Shown piece by piece: positions 60,560 to 64,000 of a stretch of DNA of 64,000 bases. The notes beneath the pieces are model-generated. The model was not told where the DNA came from and made no database searches. It saw only the letters and a list, made by a program, of their open reading frames with translations. The translations under genes were made by a program, and so were the position numbers. Positions within the stretch are counted from its first letter, which is position 1; every line of letters begins with the position of its first letter. The DNA comes from Lytechinus pictus (lineage: Eukaryota), in NCBI RefSeq assembly GCF_037042905.1, contig NC_087245.1, forward strand, positions 1,178,001-1,242,000, in the 5' to 3' direction.

Positions 60560-63500
60560 AAAACAAATGCAGTAAGGAAATACAGAACAACAAACATAAC
60601 AGAAGTATACAATTGTATCTATATCAGTATTACTATTAGTATTAGACTTTCTGCATGAAATGTATTTTTAAATTTCTTTTAAGACTTTGAAGGGTTTTGC
60701 ACTGCTTAATATTTTGAGGGATCTTATTCCAAATAATGGGACCCCTACATAAAAATATGTCGTTTGAGAAAGAATAATGGCCATATATTGCACGAGTATC
60801 AGCTGAGTTTCTAGTATTATATGTATGTATATCTCTATTGGTTTGAAAAATGTTGTCAAAATTATTAGGCAAAAGGTTGTTATAATAGGAATACATAAAA
60901 ACAGATAATTGAAAATCATGTAGTAAAGAAATTGGGAGTATATTTAATTTTAAGAAAAGAGGTCTGCTATCATGCTATGACTTAGAAAGGGTTTATGGCA
61001 TATTATACGAACTGCTCTCTTTTGAAGAAGAAAGATGCGGTTCAGTAAGTGTTGCTTGCAGGATCCCCAAACAATATTGCAATAAGATATGTAAGGTAAA
61101 ATCAATGAATTATACAATGTAAGAAGAATATTTTGTGGTCAAATGTCTTTAAGTTTACTCATTATTCCTATTGTTTTGGAAACCTTCCTTAAAACCTCAT
61201 AAACGTGTGTCTTCCATTTTAAGGACGTTCCCCAGTTATGTTTGTGCGCATTATGATCTGCGCATAGTTTACACTCTGCGCGCTGACGTCACAATGGATG
61301 AACAGGTGATTAATTAGCTGCGGGTATGTGCTGATTTTTCTCATCTTCTGCACTTTAACTGCAGATCCGATGCGTTATTTCATGAAGCTAAAAAATTGAA
61401 TTATTCCATGGACCATTCAAAAAAAGATTCTCTACAATTTCAAAATACTTTACTTTGCAGTGCTGCCAAGAATCACGAATATTACCCCGAGTTTGAATAA
61501 ATGGAAGAGTGGTTTTGATTTTTTCTTCACATATATACAAAGCATTCGGCGCATTTTTGGTGTTTTAAAAAGCACATTTGCTCTAATAAAAATACTGATA
61601 GTTTAAAAACAAGCACATGAACCCCTATTTTTTAATGTTTGTTCCTCTTAGGTATACCTTCCTCTACAACTCTACAAATTTTGGTGAAAATGACATGGAT
61701 TTTGAATAAAGTGCAGCATTTATTGTACTTTTGTAGTTTGTTACTGAAATTTCACATTTTTTAGATTGGGATTTTGTTATCTTTTACGCCATTTGTAAGA
61801 ACTGACAGTGCTGTTAAACTTAAAATTGCAAACAAATAGCACTATAAATATATTCTCCATTCTAACGATACAATTATTAACTCTCTTGCGAAATTTGATG
61901 ACTTTTTCATGTATTTTGACTGAGTAATACAGGTTTAAACTCATTGTAGTAATCTTGGGCGGTCTAAAAATGCCAAATTCTTTTGAATGCGCAATTCTTA
62001 AAATCATCAATTTGGGTGAACTTTGAAGTTCTATAGCAAAAAATCAAGCACATGGACCTATATTAATTTTTGCATATTTCGAATATTAAGGTTCTAAAGT
62101 ATCTATGTGCAAAGTTTGGTGAAAATGACATGGATTTCACTTTAACTGTGGAACGTCCTTAAATCCTTGTCTATACTAATTCCTAAAAATTGTGTAGTAT
62201 TTACATGTTGAATTAAGTTGCCATTAATATATATATTTACTTCTTTTGCACTTTTTTTCGGAGAATTGAACAGCATTACATGGGTCTTTTCATAATTAAG
62301 TTGTAATTTATTCGCTTCAACTCATTTGCTAACCTTTGAAAGTTCAGAGTTAAAGTTTTGAGTAAGACATTCCACATCACTGTGTTTATAAAATATATAG
62401 GTGTCGTCTGCAAATAACAAACAATTTAATAGTGGAGATACTGAATTTAAATCATTGATGTAAATCAAAAAAGTATGGGACCGAGGATTGATCCTTGCGG
62501 AATACCGCAATAAACAGTTTGATAATTAAAGTTTTTAGAATTGAACACTGTAAATTGTTTGCGGTTACTCAAATAACTGTGAAATAAATTTTAAAGTAAC
62601 ACCACGGATTCCATAATGAGAAAGTTTTTTTAAAAGTATTTTGTGATTTATGGAGTCAAATGCTTTTTTAAAGTCTAAGAACAGTCCAATAATAATCTCT
62701 TTGTTTTCTATTGCTTTTGACACACTCATTAAAAAATCTAAGATAGCATGATGAATGGAATGTCTTGCTCTGAAACCAAACTGTTTATTACAAAAAAAAT
62801 GTGTTTTTATCAAGAAAGTTTTGAAGTCGTGTATAGATGCATCTTTCAAAAAGTTTCGAAAATAGTGGTAGTAAGGAAATAGGTCTATAATTTGTAAATA
62901 AATCTTTTGGTCCCTTTTTATGTATAGGAATAACTTTAGCAAATTTCAGACCTTGAGGTACAATACCCTTTTCAATACATAAATTAAAATACTGCAAAGT
63001 GGTTTAGAAATAACATGTATAACTGTTTTGACAACAGTGCAATCAATAGAGTCAAAACCAGGAGCTTTTCCATTTTTGAAAGATATAGCAATATTAATTA
63101 TTTCTTTTTCTGTAATAGGTAAAAATAAGCTGTATAGGGACATATTTTACCCAAGAATGATTCAAAGTTGTTACAAGTGTTACTATTATTCATTCCAGCT
63201 ATTTCATGACCAATATTCTTAAAATAATCATTGAAACCTTCAGCGATATTCTTGGATTCACTAACAAGTGTACCGTTACATTGGAATACAGAGGTGTTTT
63301 TATGGAGTCTTTTTCTTTGTAACAGATCATTAATTGTTTACCATGTTTTATTAATGTTTCCTTTAAACATATGAAACTTAGAAAAGTAGTAATCCCTTTT
63401 TGCATCACGTATTTGTTTTGTATACGAATTTCGAAATTTGGTATAACATTCTTTTCTGTGTGATGTAGGATTTTTTATATACTTTTTATGTAAATTATTT

Positions 63501-64000
63501 TTTTAGAACACATCTGTTTAAGTTTTTTGTTTAACCATGGTTTATGATTTTTCTTTATTTTTAATCTTCTGAGAGGAAAACATTTATTATAAGTCTCAGA
63601 AAAAAAACTCCATAAATTGTTTATACATATAATTTGGCTCTTCCTGTTATCTGCAAAGCAGATTGTCAAAATCAGTTGAAGATAAAACATTCAGAAAACA
63701 GTCAATATTGATATCATTAATTTGATGTTCATATGTAACAGGTTCATCTTCATATATACCTTTAAAATCAAACATGTCAAATATTGGCAAATGATCAGAT
63801 ATGTCACAGGTTAGTATTCCTGTGGAACTATTGCACATACTTTTTGTAAATAAATTGTCAATCAATGAAGCTGTGGAGTTAGTTATTCTTGTTGGTTTTG
63901 TAATACAAGGAAAAAAGCAATATGAGTAAGATAATTCAAGCAACTCATTACAAGAACTCTGTACATCTAATTTCATTAAATCAATATTAAAGTCTCCAAG
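60560..64000 (-). pseudogene. Decayed CR1/L2-group LINE ORF2 (APE endonuclease end + reverse transcriptase), runs off the window
   Basis: Frameshifted fragments PTRITNSTASLIDNLF, ISDHLPIF, KAPGFDSI, YRPISLLP, FLDFKKAFDSINH, FLIYINDL, LFADDT, FLGISIDKDLKWKTH, GPIIWNKIP. Confidence 0.92.
61223..62158. mobile_element. Kolobok-like non-autonomous element inserted into the LINE
   Basis: TTAA at 61219-61222 and 62159-62162; TIRs ggacgttccccagtta / taactgtggaacgtcc; removal restores FLGISIDKDLKWKTHVYEV. Confidence 0.9.

Overview
AT-rich, intron-containing animal genomic DNA, most likely a sea urchin (inferred from the HYR-domain gene and the repeat types, not proven). It holds two divergently oriented spliced genes. 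(1) RPN2 (ribophorin II, oligosaccharyltransferase subunit) on the minus strand has 14 phase-consistent coding exons between 27370 and 13163, a probable first exon near 31014-31090 and a probable 3'UTR exon below 11190. (2) A plus-strand type I membrane glycoprotein (35587-48235) has a signal peptide, five HYR-like domains, a Ser/Thr-rich stalk, one TM helix and a Tyr-motif/PDZ-ligand tail. The rest is dense in transposons: two decayed CR1/L2-group LINEs, Tc1 relics, many MITEs with readable TIRs/TSDs and several nested insertions. The most striking observation is three copies of a ~175-190 bp SINE whose head resembles the 7SL/SRP RNA Alu domain, joined to a Deu-domain-like segment and a (CA)n tail. 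Also notable: no usable ATG for RPN2, an in-frame TAA in the HYR gene's mucin exon, a 1.1-kb foldback element in RPN2 intron 1, and a partial exon duplicate carrying mostly synonymous differences. All coordinates were read by eye and no database searches were run.
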